Part shown: piece by piece, positions 41,727-52,729 of the stretch
Numbering within the stretch: position 1 is the first letter of the stretch
Layout: every line of letters starts with the position of its first letter
Source: Candidatus Poribacteria bacterium
GTDB lineage: Bacteria > Poribacteria > WGA-4E > JAJDTR01
Assembly: GCA_965222225.1 (NCBI GenBank)
Contig: CBDCTK010000002.1
Location: 2,080,001-2,144,000 of the forward strand
DNA: 64,000 bases
Direction: 5' to 3'
Position numbers and translations under genes: made by a program
Notes under the pieces: model-generated
What the model saw: the letters and a program-made list of their open reading frames with translations, nothing else
What the model was told of the DNA's origin: nothing
The model's database searches: none

Positions 41727-42212
41727 TTGAAATCGAAACCACGGCGATTGGTTGAAGAATTCTATGAAATCAATAAGGAGTTCGATCGCGCCTTTGAATC
41801 TTTCGGTATTCCTCGTCGGAGTGTAAAGGGTGAAAACACGAACTGGCGTCCACCGATGGATATTTACGAAACGGCTGAACACTTCATCGTAAAGATTGAG
41901 CTTGCAGGCATTCAGCCGGACGAGGATGTAAGACTTCGATTGGATAATAACGTTCTCAAGATAACAGGACACCGAAGAGATCGAACGCAACTCAAAAAAC
42001 AACACTACCATCAAGCCGAGTTAAGCTATGGTCCATTTGAACGTTCGGTAGTTCTTCCAAATGTGTTGGACGAAGATTGCGAAGCGATTGCCAGCTATGA
42101 AAACGGTTTTATCGAAATTAAAACCCCGAAAATAAAACAAGATTCATCCAAAGAAATCTCTGTGCAAGTAAAAGATGAAGCCAAAACCATTAAACCTGTC
42201 AACGAAGAATAA
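41727..42212 (+). CDS. Hsp20/alpha-crystallin small heat-shock protein
   Basis: WRPPMDIYET, YGPFERS..LP, ASYENG; AGGAGG RBS before TTG. Confidence 0.92.
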   Translation: MKSKPRRLVEEFYEINKEFDRAFESFGIPRRSVKGENTNWRPPMDIYETAEHFIVKIELAGIQPDEDVRLRLDNNVLKITGHRRDRTQLKKQHYHQAELSYGPFERSVVLPNVLDEDCEAIASYENGFIEIKTPKIKQDSSKEISVQVKDEAKTIKPVNEE

Positions 42213-42224
42213 AGGAGTTAGATT

Positions 42225-44699
42225 ATGTCGAAGAAAAATGAGACTGAGAATGAAGACGTACTAGATCCGGAAGTCACCGCCGAGATTCCTATTCTTCCTG
42301 TTGACGATTTGGTTGTGTTTCCCTACATGCCGCCGGTGCCGCCGTTCGCGCCGCATCACATCGCGCTTTCCGGCGATTGGGTAACCAAGGCTGTCGATGA
42401 TGCCATGGTGAACGGGGAACGTGCACTGTGTGTTTTTCGACAGGTCGGAAACCGGGAATCGAATTCAAGAACCGCCGAAGACCTCGCTCCCGTGGGCACG
42501 TTGATTCGAATCTTGAGATATAAAAAGGACGATGAAAGCGTGCTGTTTTTGGCTCGCGGTCGGGCACGGGTAAGAATTGAGGAAATCCTTGAAACCAAAC
42601 CTTTCCTCAAAGCACGTGTGCAGGTCATAGAGGAAGAAGCGGAACAAGATCTTGAAGATGACAACGTTGAGATTGAAGCCCTCGTCCGTAGCACACTTGA
42701 TATTGTCCAAAAGATAGTGAAGCTGTCATCTCGGTATCAGGAGGAACTGGCAATTGTTGCGGAAAATATTGAGGAGCCCGGCCGACTTGCGGATTATATT
42801 GCGGCGATACTTGACTTTCGTTCTGATGACAAACAGCACATTCTTGAGTCAATTTCGGTTAAAGATCGACTGAACCATCTGATCGTAATCTTGACGAAGG
42901 AACACGACCTGCTTGAGTTGGAAACCAAGATTCAATCCGATGCGCAAGCGGTAATCAATAAAGGACAGCGTGAATATTTTCTGCGCGAGCAATTGAAAGC
43001 CATCCAAAAAGAACTGGGCGAATCGGACGATCTTCTGCTGGAAGTGGATGAGATGCGCGCACAGCTTGAAAACGCTGCTATGCCCGATAAAGCCCGCGAA
43101 GCGGCTGAAAAGGAGCTCAACCGTCTCTCGAAAATGCACTCCTCGTCCCCGGAATCCACAGTCTCTCGAAATTATTTGGATTGGCTTTTAAACCTTCCGT
43201 GGAACACTAGCACCGCAGACAATCTTGACATTCCCCACGCGAAAGAGATACTTGATGAAGACCACTACAATCTCACGAAGATTAAGGACCGTATCTTGGA
43301 GTATCTCGCCGTTCGGATGCTCAAACAGGATATGAAAGGGCCAATCCTCTGTTTCGTCGGTCCGCCGGGAGTGGGCAAAACGTCACTGGGCAAATCCGTT
43401 GCACGGGCGATGGAACGGAATTTTGTGCGGATTTCACTGGGCGGGACACACGATGAAGCAGAAATCCGTGGACATCGAAGAACGTATATTGGATCGATGC
43501 CGGGACGCATTATCAAAGGCATCCGTCAAGCGGAATCCAATAATCCGGTTTTTATGTTGGACGAAATAGACAAACTCGGGTCGGATTTCCGTGGAGATCC
43601 GGCGGCGGCAATGCTTGAGGTACTCGACCCGGAGCAGAATGACACTTTTACGGACAATTATCTTGACGTACCGTTCGATCTTTCCAAGATAATGTTCATT
43701 ACAACGGCAAATCAGCTCCACACCATTCCACCCCCGTTGCGTGATCGCATGGAAACCTTGGAGTTGCCCGGCTACACGGCAATCGAGAAATCAATGATTG
43801 CCAAACAGTATTTAATCTCCCGCCAAATTGAGGCACACGGCATTACCGCAGACCAGTTTGCCATTGGAGACGAGGCAATCGATCGCGTCATTGATGAGTA
43901 CACGCGTGAGGCGGGTGTGCGTAACCTTGAGCGAGAACTGGGGACACTCTGCCGTAAGTCTGCTCGTAGCATAGCCGAGGGAGAAAAAGATCCGATAGAC
44001 CTGACCGCCGACAATCTTCCCACTTACTTGGGACCTCCGAAATTCTATTCCGAAGTGGCGGATCGAAAGGAGGAGGTCGGCACTGCGACAGGACTCTCGG
44101 TAACCCCCGCAGGCGGAGAGATTCTGTTCATCGAAACCACGCGTATGGTTGGTAAGGGAAAGCTGACCTTGACCGGGCAAATTGGCGATGTAATGCAGGA
44201 GTCGGCAAAAGCCGCGCTGAGTTACATCAAATCGCAGAGCGAGGAGCTACACTTTGACCCCGACTTTTGGAATAGTGACATCCACATCCATGTGCCGGCC
44301 GGAGCAATTCCGAAAGATGGGCCATCTGCCGGGGTTGCCATTGCGACCGCTTTGGCATCGTTAGCCACTGGACGCCCGGTCTCGCCCGAGGTTGCCATGA
44401 CCGGAGAAATCACGCTGCGTGGACGGGTGCTCCCCATCGGCGGGTTGAAAGCAAAGGTGCTGGCGGCGAAGCAGGCGGGCATTAAAACTGTTATCGCTCC
44501 AAGTCGAAACGAAAAGGATTTGGTAGAAATACCTGATGACGCAACGGAAGGACTTGAACTCGTGTTCTCGGATCACATTGACCAAGTGCTGAACCGTGCA
44601 CTAAAACACAAGGAGCACACGGTAGATTCCAAACCGACTGACCACCCCGATCCTTCAATCCAAGCTGACTCGGCGCCTCCCCCTCCTTCGGTTGGGTAA
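42225..44699 (+). CDS. lon: ATP-dependent Lon protease
   Basis: GPPGVGKTS, LDEIDK, PKDGPSAG, LPIGGLKAK. Confidence 0.97.
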   Translation: MSKKNETENEDVLDPEVTAEIPILPVDDLVVFPYMPPVPPFAPHHIALSGDWVTKAVDDAMVNGERALCVFRQVGNRESNSRTAEDLAPVGTLIRILRYKKDDESVLFLARGRARVRIEEILETKPFLKARVQVIEEEAEQDLEDDNVEIEALVRSTLDIVQKIVKLSSRYQEELAIVAENIEEPGRLADYIAAILDFRSDDKQHILESISVKDRLNHLIVILTKEHDLLELETKIQSDAQAVINKGQREYFLREQLKAIQKELGESDDLLLEVDEMRAQLENAAMPDKAREAAEKELNRLSKMHSSSPESTVSRNYLDWLLNLPWNTSTADNLDIPHAKEILDEDHYNLTKIKDRILEYLAVRMLKQDMKGPILCFVGPPGVGKTSLGKSVARAMERNFVRISLGGTHDEAEIRGHRRTYIGSMPGRIIKGIRQAESNNPVFMLDEIDKLGSDFRGDPAAAMLEVLDPEQNDTFTDNYLDVPFDLSKIMFITTANQLHTIPPPLRDRMETLELPGYTAIEKSMIAKQYLISRQIEAHGITADQFAIGDEAIDRVIDEYTREAGVRNLERELGTLCRKSARSIAEGEKDPIDLTADNLPTYLGPPKFYSEVADRKEEVGTATGLSVTPAGGEILFIETTRMVGKGKLTLTGQIGDVMQESAKAALSYIKSQSEELHFDPDFWNSDIHIHVPAGAIPKDGPSAGVAIATALASLATGRPVSPEVAMTGEITLRGRVLPIGGLKAKVLAAKQAGIKTVIAPSRNEKDLVEIPDDATEGLELVFSDHIDQVLNRALKHKEHTVDSKPTDHPDPSIQADSAPPPPSVG

Positions 44700-44875
44700 A
44701 TTGGCACAGTAGGTGAATCCATCCCCTGTGAGAGATTTACTTTTGGGATTCACCGCATCCTTGTAAATTGTAGCGCAACGAAACCGAGTTTTTCCCGAAG
44801 AACCTCGGTTTCTTCCCTATGTCCAAGATGACGGATGCACCAGGACAAGCTCCCTGCACGCCTCCCAAATATCAA

Positions 44876-45060
44876 CCCTTTCGGTGCCCTACAGGGCGAC
44901 GGATTGCTCCGAGTGCACTTGGGGATTCCCATAGTTCCGTCACGAAAACATCTGCCCGATCCCCGTAGTCCGCCAAGATTTCCACTTCAAGACAGTCCGG
45001 GCAACTCCCCACTCCTTTTCCAAAAACTTTATCTAATCTTTCTTCTTCGCATTAGCGCGT
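44876..45060 (-). pseudogene. Possible decayed antibiotic-biosynthesis monooxygenase (ABM)-like gene
   Basis: Frame reads VGSCPDCLEVEILADYGDRADVFVTELWESPSAL, resembling the ABM fold; no clean start. Confidence 0.35.
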
Positions 45061-45145
45061 AACGTCATCGCATAAGACGACCTGCTTCTCAGAGTTCAAT
45101 GCTATGGCTGGTGTTTAGGTGTCGGCGCCGAGTTGATTGACATCA

Positions 45146-46125
45146 TCACGGGTTACCGGTCCGTTTGAGAACTCCCCAAGATATCGGCAACTTTCCGTTT
45201 GGGTTGACTATAAATGCACCAAGCGGCAGCCAGGAAGGAAATATGTTATCAACACCGGGAGGAGTTCTCGTGAGTTTGACCGCGTTCCTCCCGTTGGTGT
45301 CCATCAAGTAAATATTAAAATCTCCACCACGCGTTGACACAAAGGCGATTTTTCTCCCATCCGGCGAATAGGCCGGCATCCTGTTGTTACCCTCTTCCGT
45401 AAGCTGCTCTAAATTTTTCCCTTCAGCGGTTATCACGTAAATGTCATAACCCTCGAAGACGCGCTGTGACTGGAACGCAATCTTGCGTCCGTCTGGCGAC
45501 CAATTAGGATTCCAATTGTACTTTAGGTTGGTGTCGCCAGTGAGATTGCGCCTTCCCTTGCCATCTGCATTCATCACGAAAATATGACGAGCATCCAACG
45601 CGCCGAAATTGGGGCGGAGACAAACGCAATCTTGCTTCCATCTGGCGAGCAAATCGGTAAAACATCCTGCATCTCGTGTTCTGCCAACCTTGTCCGATTA
45701 CCTCCATCGGCTTCCACAGTGAAGATGTCGCAGTTGATTTCACAGAATGATGTAAAGGCAATCTTCGTGCCATCCGGTGACCAACTAGGGGGGCCTTCAC
45801 GAAAATTGTCATGGGTGAGTCTAATCACGTTGTTGCCATCGCTGTCCATCACATACAGGTCATGTGTAACACCACGCCCTGATGCGAACGCAATTCTTCT
45901 CCCATCTGGCGAGCCAGCGGGGTGCAAGTCAGATGCCGGGTGGTCGGTGAGTTGGACAAGATTGTTTCCGTTTACGTCCATGGAGTAGATGTCCCAGTTG
46001 CCATCGTGGTTTGATATAAAGACGATTTTCGGTTTGGACCTCTGCGCTGTGGTGTCCGACGTAACCATAAACGCCAATAGCAGTAGAAACAGGCATCTTC
46101 TCAAAAATGGGCTGATTTTATTCAC
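45146..46125 (-). pseudogene. TolB-like (PD40) beta-propeller, frameshifted near 45625
   Basis: P.WSPDG.KIAF repeats split over two frames; ends IVNPNGKLPISWGVLK. Confidence 0.82.
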
Positions 46126-46200
46126 CGGTCATATTCTCCTTTTTCGGGTTCTTCACTTCTAGAGAATTCTCTAACCTGAGTTGCCACCTTTGAAGCACGA

Positions 46201-46290
46201 GGGATCTCTATCAGGATCTACTATCGCACAAGGATCTCTATCGCGACCTCCTGTCGCGCGCAAAGTTCGCTCCGATAGAGGTCGCGTTAT
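46201..46290 (-). repeat. Three tandem module tails (GATAGAGATCC-like) on the minus strand beside a hairpin
   Basis: Plus strand GGATCTCTATC / GGATCTACTATCGC / GGATCTCTATCGC, then CGCGACCTC...GAGGTCGCG. Confidence 0.7.
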
Positions 46291-46400
46291 AAATTGTGCT
46301 ACTACGATCCGAACCAAGTAAATCCTACATGTGCAATTCGTATTGCAATGACAATAGCCCGCATCATCAAGATTCGTAGTTCAAAAGGCAATCTCGCAAG

Positions 46401-47363
46401 CTATCGGCGGTTCGACGCACGTTTCTTCAACCTACCCCAAATTGTGGCTGTCTTGGAAGTGGGGGACACAGCTAGGCCTCCCGGGCCAAAATCGGGCTGG
46501 TAATCGATCCCAACTCGATCTTTGCTGAGTGGCTTAATGTATTTTCCGTCCGCGGTCATCAAGTGAATCCCTGCGCCGAAGCGAATACCATCATGAGGGA
46601 CCACATATGCAATTGCCCCTCCATCGGGAGACCACGTCGGGTCCGTATGATGTTCTTGATTGCGCGTAAGCCTTTTGGGATTTTTACCATCCTCCCCCAC
46701 TACATAGATGAGATGGAATCCTTCTTGCCAGACGTTGTATACAATCCGTCGTCCGTCGGGAGAAAACGACGGGCTGCCTCCACGCAAACCGTGCTTCACC
46801 TTTTCAAGCCCCTGTCCGTCAGCGCCTATCACCGAAATTTCACTTTCCCAGTTTATCGCAGATACGAACATAATCTGTTGTCCATCCGGCGACCATGATG
46901 GCGCACTCGCCTGGCCTACCAGCGTCGCTCGATTTTTTCCATCAGCATCCATCACGTCGATATGAGGTATCCCATCGTGGACGGTGAACGCAATCTTTTG
47001 ACCATCGGGAGACCAGTCTGGATTCAGCTTCCTCCGCGGTCCATCTGTGAGTCTAGTTTGGTTCTTACCATCGGAATCCATGACGTAGATCTGATCTGCG
47101 TCGTCGTTTCTGTCGGAAACGAATGCAATCTTCGTCCCGTCAGGCGACCAATCCGGATCCATGTCGTGTACCGGATGGTTTGACAAGTTTTCCCGGTTTC
47201 CTCCATCGGCGTCCATTACATAGATTTCAAAGTTGTCAAATGCCAGGTTTGAAAAAACAATCCGTGACCCTTGTGCGGCGAGTCCTCCTATTAACCACAG
47301 TACCGCACTTAACAGCATCACGGGTAACCCGATAAACGACACAAGTGTACGTCCGAATCGCAT
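46401..47363 (-). CDS. TolB-like (PD40) secreted beta-propeller
   Basis: PDWSPDG repeats; signal peptide; ends AVSPTSKTATIWGRLK. Confidence 0.9.
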   Translation of the reverse strand: MRFGRTLVSFIGLPVMLLSAVLWLIGGLAAQGSRIVFSNLAFDNFEIYVMDADGGNRENLSNHPVHDMDPDWSPDGTKIAFVSDRNDDADQIYVMDSDGKNQTRLTDGPRRKLNPDWSPDGQKIAFTVHDGIPHIDVMDADGKNRATLVGQASAPSWSPDGQQIMFVSAINWESEISVIGADGQGLEKVKHGLRGGSPSFSPDGRRIVYNVWQEGFHLIYVVGEDGKNPKRLTRNQEHHTDPTWSPDGGAIAYVVPHDGIRFGAGIHLMTADGKYIKPLSKDRVGIDYQPDFGPGGLAVSPTSKTATIWGRLKKRASNRR

Positions 47364-47451
47364 TTTTCCCTCCTTAGTTGTGGGTAAAGTAATACCATTT
47401 CGCTTGAATAATAGTGCATATGATGTCTGAGCTATTTCGTCCACTTTCTCC

Positions 47452-47507
47452 GTAGGCGGGAATCAAATGAGCGAATAGCGAATGCGATAGAGATCCCCTT
47501 GCCCCGC
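47452..47507 (+). repeat. GTAG REP hairpin carrying a GA-hairpin module
   Basis: GTAGGCGGGA-ATCAA-ATGAGCGAATAGCGAAT-GCGATAGAGATCCCC-TTGCCCCGC. Confidence 0.85.
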
Positions 47508-47808
47508 GGACTTTGCGCGGAGACAAAGCTTATTATTCCGCTCCAAGCAAGTTTCTTTACTTAATCCACGTAGTCAATGCACTTCCATTTTATAAAAATG
47601 GTATAAGCAGTAAAAGTAACTTGTGCACATTGGTGAAATAGTGAAGCAAATTCAATGATTTGGAGTGCCCTTCGTATGTCCACTCAAGTGCTTTTTTGAA
47701 AAGCTGACGACAAAGCCATCGTTGGAGAAAGAAGGAGGAGGTTTTAACCATCTGGTCTTTTTGGGTGACCATTGAAAAGGCCTCCAGCGGTTCCTGATAC
47801 TTTATGTA

Positions 47809-47880
47809 ACCTGTCGCCCCTCTGGGGCTTTGGTGTGAAGTGCCTTAATGTTACTATACACCTTTCGCGCCGCTGGCGTT
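47809..47880 (-). repeat. Doublet of AGCCCCAGAGGGGCGACAGG-type hairpin repeats (empty allele)
   Basis: Minus strand ..CCAGCGGCGCGAAAGGTGTATAG...AAGCCCCAGAGGGGCGACAGGT; single copy also at 53763-53782. Confidence 0.7.
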
Positions 47881-48105
47881 TACAAAGGCTGGTGGCATCT
47901 CCATCGCGTTCCTTGTTTGGTCACGTGGTCGCAGGGCGACTCGATCGTCCTCTTTATTCACTCGGTTGATTGCACTCTAAAAGATGACAATTCATAATTG
48001 TACTTTTGTACAAAGTCGAGCTTATGACTTCCATCCTCAATCTTAGACGCTCGGAAGATAGGGACAATGCCGCGACCATTTCAATACCAATCCAAGCCGC
48101 CACCT

Positions 48106-48561
48106 TTACCCGATGTGCCCCGCATGAAACACCCACTGCGGATTCAATGAATTCTTGAGGCGAAGAACATACAGTTCCTCTTGAGTTGGGAAAAACGTAT
48201 AATCTTTGAAAACCGCACTTTTGCCCGAGATTGTATCAAGCGGAAGATTCCAAAGAAGCTTTGGGACTGAAGGATTCACTATATTCAAGAAATGCACTCC
48301 ATAAGCCGTGGTTACCAACGCAAACTGACTCCAAACCGTTATACTACATGTAATATTCCGGTTTTGAAGGTAGAGAAATCGATGAAACATTGACGCGCTT
48401 TGCCGGGTTCGAGACATCGACAATCTCCAATACGGTGAAAAATCAGCAACATCTAGACTTGCTCCGATTTCGGAAATGGGAGCCTGTAGATTTGGTCCGC
48501 GGCCGATTGTCAATAGGGATAACACAGGAACACCAAAGAGTGAGATAACGTGATAAGACAA
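48106..48561 (-). pseudogene. Probable decayed LVIVD-repeat protein fragment
   Basis: GVHFLNIVNPSVP and LYVLRLKNSLNP resemble LVIVD blades; no convincing start. Confidence 0.35.
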
Positions 48562-48628
48562 ATGGATTGAAACAGTCCTTGGCTTCCCATCGTTTCACCA
48601 GCGCCCGAATCGAGCGATGTCCGTCTGC

Positions 48629-51600
48629 TCAATCTGCAAACAGATTCTGAATCTGATCTTCAAGATTCCCAGGATACACGGAACCCGTAATCTCTCCCGC
48701 CGCGTTAATCAGCACAATCGAACCTCTCCCTTCAATAGCGTAGCGATTAAAGGTTTCGCCTTTCGCACCAAGCACATCCGTTGGGCTGTCCAGACCGATT
48801 GAGTAGATTAGTGTGTGTTCCGCTATCTGTTGTTTGATCGTGTCGACATCCGCTTTAGCCGGACAGATAGTGACGCAGACGAGTCCCTTTTCCCCATAAA
48901 TCTCCTGCAATATATTCAACAAGCGTACTGATTGAACATTATCGAAGTCGTCGCGCGCCCAGAAATCGAGAGCGACTGTTTTTCCTTTTAGATGTCCAAT
49001 GGAGGCGGAGGAGCCGGACAACCACTTTTCAACCGCCAACTCCGGTGCGGGCTTCCCCGCCAGGGCATCGAGACGTCTTTTGGCTTCCTCCGCATCCGCC
49101 CATTGCGCACCCCATTCTGGGGGCGGGGCGGACCTCGCGTCAATCGGCTCGAAAGTAAAGACCAAATCTCGCTGATTTACTTTGATACCTTCAAAGACTT
49201 GAGACTGACGATTGGTGCCGACGTAGATTGATGCCTCCGGGCCCTTGATGTATTTCAGTTCAAACTCACCCTCTCTATTGGTGTAATCGGGGCGGTGAAC
49301 GACACCGGATGCAGGGTCTTTGCGTGGTTCAATCATCACTGTCGCATGGTAAACTGCCTCGCCGTCGGCGGCAACGACTTTCCCGGCAAGGTATCCGTCC
49401 GCATTGACTAATACAAGGTCGTGACGCTGATTGGTTTTCAAAATCTCAAACGTATGGCGTGCGTAGTCCGGATGGATAATGTCCAGTTGGTAGAGAACTA
49501 CCATGGGAAGATTCTTAAGCCGATAATCGCCATTTGCATCGGTAAATGTTTCCCAGCGTTGCCACTGCTGCCTCGATTCTAACCGAGCTCCGTTAACCGG
49601 CTCACCAGATGTATCAATGATGCGTCCCTCAATGAAAAACTGACCGATGGCTGGGCGTAGCACGAAGTCATCAATTTGGCTCACCCCCTCCGTCGCAGTG
49701 AACTCCTCTGTTACCTCCCTCCAATATCCTTTCGCCTTCGCAGTAATTACGTATTGAACACCGACAATAAGCCCAACTTCAGGGAACCGTCCGTCGCCGT
49801 TCGTCACGCCTACGCCTGAAATGATTACTGTATGTCGCAAAGGGTCCAGTCGGTGTCGATGGATTCTTGCAGATGGAATCGGTTCTCCATTGGGGTTGAC
49901 CACTCGCCCGGAAACTTTGACTAACTTGAAGGGTTTCATCCGGATCTCAATCGATGCGCCTGGCTGGAATTCGACCCGTGCGGAACCGCGCAATTTCAGT
50001 TCGCTCTGCTCGGCGGAAAGAGCGAGTCTCTGTCCGAGACGCAGCCCGTGAATGGTAAGTTCACCATGCTCGTTCGATATGCCGTAATCCCTACGCCATC
50101 CGAACGAATCGGTGATTCTCGCGCCGGTGACAGGGTCTCCAGTCTCCGTTAATGTCCGGAAAATTGATGGTGTTCCCTTTGAAAACTGAAAATCAACAAC
50201 CACGGTTTCCCCCTCAACGACATTGACGCGTTTATTAGCGTGTTCTACATCTTGATATCCCTGTGGTGAGGAAAAAAAGACGAGCCCGGGACCCGGTGCA
50301 GCACTAAAGCGGTAAGTTCCGGATTCGTCCGTTTGCACACTATGGCTTCTGTTTTGAGGCGCCGGACGAGCTGCGTCGTACATACTGATATTATAATTGG
50401 CAATCGGTTCGTTCGTGTCCCCGTCAGTCACTCGCCCTGTAACATAGCCGACCCGAACCAAAGTCATGTCTACCTTAGAGGCTGTCTGTCCCTCGCCAAC
50501 CTTGACGACTGCGTTGGCGGCAGCCGTCCACCCTGCCGGTCCCTCTTGAAGATGGACGTTGTAAGTACCAGGGGGAAGATTTCTCACGACGTAATGCCCA
50601 TTCACATCAACGCTTGCCCGTCCTCCCCCCCCAGTTGGATGGATGCTCTCAACCGAGATTGTCGCGCTTTCGACCGGCGCACTGGACTCTACATAGCTTA
50701 GGTGCCCCTCAATCTGTGCCTCACGATCCAGCTTGAACTCCAGTCCCTTTGTACCCGTTAGCACGGCGGTTTGCCTTTCTCTTGCGTATCCTTGCCTTTG
50801 AACAGAAAGAGCCGCCATTCTACCTTGCGGCAGTCTCCGGAAAATGAAAATTCCATTCACATCACTCTTGACGGGGGGAATGGGAATAAGATTCAGAATT
50901 GAATGATTCTCTAACCCGAGAATTATTAGGCTATCCCTCAAAAATCCCTTGAGTTGTACTTCCGCATTTTGAATCGGTTCGCCTGCTGTGTTCATTATCC
51001 TACCGGATATGACTGTCGGCTTTTCAAGTTGAATCTCAACATTCGCTGTACTCTGTGTCCGAAGGTTCTGCCAGCCGCTGGCGTGTTGGGGGTGCACCGC
51101 AACGATGTCTACTCGATTCCGCTCGTCGGGTTCGGGACGAGGGAACTCAAAATTAAACATCCCATCTTCTGCTGTGCGAGCGACGTACTTGGGTTGATTG
51201 GATTGTAAAGAATACAGAACTTCAGCGTCAGCTACCGGTTCACCGCCGCTGTCAACAACTCGACCGGAAAAGGTTATCCTCTCGGTGGCCTCCTCCGTCA
51301 TGACGGCCGAGAATCGTGGATTTTGGGGCTCTCCGCCATTTGCGGCAGATGTCCCCTTTCGGCCTATTGACCGATTGCTCGGCTCTATTGAAACGCGGTT
51401 GGAGGCAGCCAACGGACGCTTTCCTGTCGCCACCGGAATGCCCGAAACTGACGAGTGCGTTGAATAAGGAACAGACTCAAGAAGCGCGACCTCAATTGGC
51501 AATCGGTTCATGACCGATGGCGACAACCCAATCTGGTTTGCTGAGGACGATGTCGGCAAATCGTTCCGCACTCTAGCAAGCCCAAACAAGATGCACAATG

Positions 51601-52296
51601 CCGTAATCAGCGCAAATAAAGATTTACCAACGGTAGCGCTACTCCACGCGAAACCTATCGCTGGCGCCGGTACGTATCGAATCTTCTCCATTATCTGCAT
51701 GAGAAAACCGGCTCTTAGTTTGTGGCTTTTCAACAGTCTGCCGTAGTGCTGAGACATGACACCCCCAAGTTGCTGACGTGCCCGATGCAATTTGCCTTTG
51801 ACCGTGTTCACGGACACGCCGAGGAATTCTGAAATCTCCTTCAGCGAACAGTCCCCCATGTAGAACATCGACACGGCGACCCGATTTTCATCGGGCAGCG
51901 CGGACATTGCCTGTTCAAGATCCACCTGCCAGCCTTCTACGGGCGCGGTGTGAGCAGGTTCAATTTTTAGCGCGTCCTCTGCGGTCTCCTCTAGGATAAT
52001 ATCGCGCTTGCGCTTTTTAATGACGCGCTCCATCCAACGTTTGCACTCGTTGGACATGATGGTATACAGCCAGGTTCGGAAGAGAGATGCGGGTGCGGGA
52101 GCTTAAAAAGACGACGGTATGCCCGTATGAAGACCTCCTGCGTGATATCCTGTGCATCAGCCTAATTCCTCACCTTTTGAAAGGCGTAGGTGTAGACCAT
52201 ATCCTGATATTTGTGCACGAGCACACCAAAGGCGTCGCGATCACCTGCGAGTGTTTGGGACACTATCTTTTCGTCGGCTGAATACATAGCACTCAT
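48629..52296 (-). pseudogene. ECF sigma factor fused via a TM helix to carboxypeptidase-regulatory-like repeats and a C-terminal TlpA/AhpC-like domain; sigma2 region broken
   Basis: GDRDAFGVLVHKYQ..., TAG at 52162-52164, 2-bp CT slip at ~52081-52087 before FRTWLY; sigma4 SLKEISEFLGVSVNTVKGKLHRAR; repeated GRVVD..GEP...A.V; GKPAPEL...LDFW. Confidence 0.85.
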
Positions 52297-52478
52297 TAAA
52301 TCCAAAAATGAAAGCAAGGGTACATCTATTAAATAGACCCCACCATGTGGATTGGAGGTTATGTCCGAATGAAAAAATCTGGGGAAAATGCGAAATAGCC
52401 AACTCGGAGGCAGGAATTTTGACTAGGTTCGTTGGGAAGGTAGTTTGATGAGCGCCGCGGCGGATTGGATAGAACCAT

Positions 52479-52729
52479 GGGATCAAGTGACCGGGTAGGG
52501 AACGCGATAGAAATCCCATAGAGTTCTTGAAGGTGTATAGAAACACCAGAACCTCGTGCACCTAAGCCCCAGCGGGCATCAAGCGACTGGATAAGGAGCG
52601 CGATAGCAAATCCCGTGCGATAGAAATCCCACAGGTAAGTAGCAACCAACAGTGAAAACATGGAAATACTTCCTACAAATGACCAAAAGTGGCTTGTCAC
52701 CGATTACCGATTAATCAAACAGACTCTTA
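52479..52729 (+). repeat. Composite repeat/MITE remnant with two GA-hairpin modules; right end matches the 58495-58691 MITE
   Basis: Cores 52487-52503 and 52583-52599; shared block AGCA.CCAACA.TGAAAACATG...CTTCCTACAAATGACCAAAA; end TCAAACAGACTCT. Confidence 0.8.
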
